DNA from: Candidatus Iainarchaeum sp.
Lineage (GTDB): Archaea > Iainarchaeota > Iainarchaeia > Iainarchaeales > UBA10219
Reading direction: 5' to 3'
Length of the DNA stretch: 64,000 nt
Assembly: GCA_018304425.1 (NCBI GenBank)
Contig: JAGVWE010000003.1
Span: forward strand, 27,163 to 91,162
Shown here in pieces: positions 63,021 to 64,000 of this stretch. Position 1 is the stretch's first letter; each line of letters begins with the position of its first letter. A program made the position numbers and the translations under genes. Under the pieces are notes generated by a model, which was not told the DNA's origin, made no database searches, and saw only the letters and a program-made list of their open reading frames with translations.

Positions 63021-63718
63021 ATGCAGGGAATCCACCCACGGATATGGTTTTGGCGCCTGGAGGGGAAAGTCAAGCACCTACTTTTGCCGAGCCGGTTCAA
63101 AGAGCTATACAAGAAGTCAAGGCCATTGATGACTATTCTGGAGGCCAAACAACTGTACGACCTCGCGAAAAAGAATGCCCGCCAAGGCATCCTCGTCGAA
63201 ATCGGGAGCGCCTGGGGCGGAAGCGCGTGCCTCCTCTCCCAAGCCTCGAAGGAAGCCAGCAGAAATAAAGTGTACTGCGTCGACTCCTGGTCCAGCCCGG
63301 AAAAAAGCATTGAAACCCTCTGGAACAAGGAATCGTTGGGGGTGGGGGGGGGGGCAAACCACTCACAAGCGACTCCTTCTACGGCAAGTTCCTTGCCAAC
63401 ACCCGCGAAAACGGCGTGCCCGGACTGATTGAACCCATCCGCGGGAAGTCGGTGGAGGTCGCAAGACATTGGGACAAACCCATCCAGTTGCTTTTCATTG
63501 ACGGAGCACACGAATACGAGGACACCAAAGCCGACTTCACGGCCTGGGAACCCTTCCTCGCCAAAGGAGGCACCATCGCGTTCCACGACTATGAGCTCTC
63601 GCCGTGCCCGGTGTACGGCGTCACGCAGGCGGTCAATGAACTGATTGCGCCGTCAAAAAGGTTTTCAAAACTCGAAAGAATAAATTCCCTGGTTTGGGCG
63701 ACGAAAATAGCGGAGTAA
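63021..63718 (+). pseudogene. Class I SAM-dependent methyltransferase (Methyltransf_24/O-MTase-like) interrupted by a frameshift in a poly-G tract
   Basis: The N-terminal part in frame 0 (ORF 63021..63428) and the C-terminal part in frame 2 (ORF 63416..63718) are contiguous across the G-run at ~63338-63354. Likely start is the ATG at ~63129 (MTILEAKQLYD). Confidence 0.55.
63338..63354. repeat. Homopolymeric G tract (G5-T-G11) inside a coding sequence
   Basis: Read directly; coincides with the frame switch of the methyltransferase. Confidence 0.6.
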
Positions 63719-63747
63719 GCCCGGAAAGAGGGCCGGAAAACTCACTA

Positions 63748-64000
63748 ATCCTTTTCCCAGAACGTCTTAATATACTTTTCCGGTTCCTCTGTGACGATCG
63801 GGGCAAAGCCCTTGGGGAAGCAGTTGCGGTAATTGTCCCAGGTGTAACGCTTGTCCAGGAACACGACAATGCCCTCGTCCGTGGGGCTGCGGATGACCCT
63901 CCCAGAGGCCTGGATGGCCTTGGTGATGGCGGGATACAGGTAACCGTAATGCCAGCCGCGCGCGAATTTCTCGTCAAAGTAGTCGATGAGGCACTGGACT
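63748..64000 (-). CDS. 3' end of an XPD/Rad3/DinG-family helicase gene (C-terminal part; gene continues beyond the window)
   Basis: Open minus-strand frame to the window edge ending ...AIQASGRVIRSPTDEGIVVFLDKRY...; typical XPD/DinG C-terminal helicase motif region. Not in the track because its start codon lies outside the window. Confidence 0.5.

Noticed and set aside
63633-63977. 114-aa minus-strand track ORF near the window end
   Set aside because: A different frame on the same strand (63748..64000) gives a clean XPD/DinG-like helicase C-terminus. This ORF is a low-complexity Pro/Arg/Ser-rich alternative frame.
1-64000. CRISPR arrays, IS elements/transposases, integrases, rRNA genes
   Set aside because: No regularly spaced direct repeats, no transposase/integrase-like ORFs and no rRNA-like sequence found on either strand.

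Overview
GC-rich (~60%) 64-kb chromosomal segment, most consistent with an archaeon (probably a euryarchaeon). Evidence for archaeal origin: recurring TTTAAATA/TTTATATA TATA boxes about 22-35 nt upstream of start codons, often palindromic and shared by divergent gene pairs; archaeal-type NMNAT (NadM); NucS/EndoMS; TrmB-family regulators; an Lhr-MPE pair; a tRNA gene without encoded CCA followed by an oligo-T tract. Bacterial-type genes are also present: purH, metK, an ECF-sigma-like protein, and a low-GC Fic cassette.

Content from left to right:
- Purine biosynthesis cluster: purH (3' end), 5-formyl-THF cyclo-ligase, purD, purF, a fused tandem purS, purL, purQ.
- A GNAT-DHH/DHHA1-GNAT fusion protein.
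- A triad of tandem paralogous Arg-rich hypothetical genes, each with its own TATA box.
- tldD-pmbA, then a nadC-nadM-nadB-nadA operon.
- M24 peptidase; a histidine kinase plus CheY-like response regulator; nucS; a radical-SAM/SPASM protein.
- TrmB-like regulator divergent from a Na+/solute symporter; enolase; prs; a topo-type zinc ribbon; a PPC/DUF296 protein.
- An AT-rich, highly structured intergenic region.
- Trm112-like protein, ECF-sigma-like protein, vapBC, pyrG, tRNA-Pro(CGG), MPE and Lhr helicase.
- Lipoproteins, TraB, a YbaK-HAD-CDP-alcohol-transferase operon, metK, an HTH-CBS regulator.
- A ~8-kb cluster of seven secreted Tyr-rich / beta-sandwich cell-surface proteins, three of them with a shared C-terminal (A/V)GF-TM-basic anchor, next to a convergent ABC-2 exporter.
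- A low-GC Fic cassette flanked by 10-bp direct repeats, TrmB regulator #2, two SAM-dependent methyltransferases (one frameshifted at a poly-G tract), MarC, and the 3' end of an XPD/DinG-like helicase.

Coordinates of non-CDS features are approximate (+/-2 nt). The ORF track marks GTG/TTG starts as M, so several starts were re-placed by codon counting.
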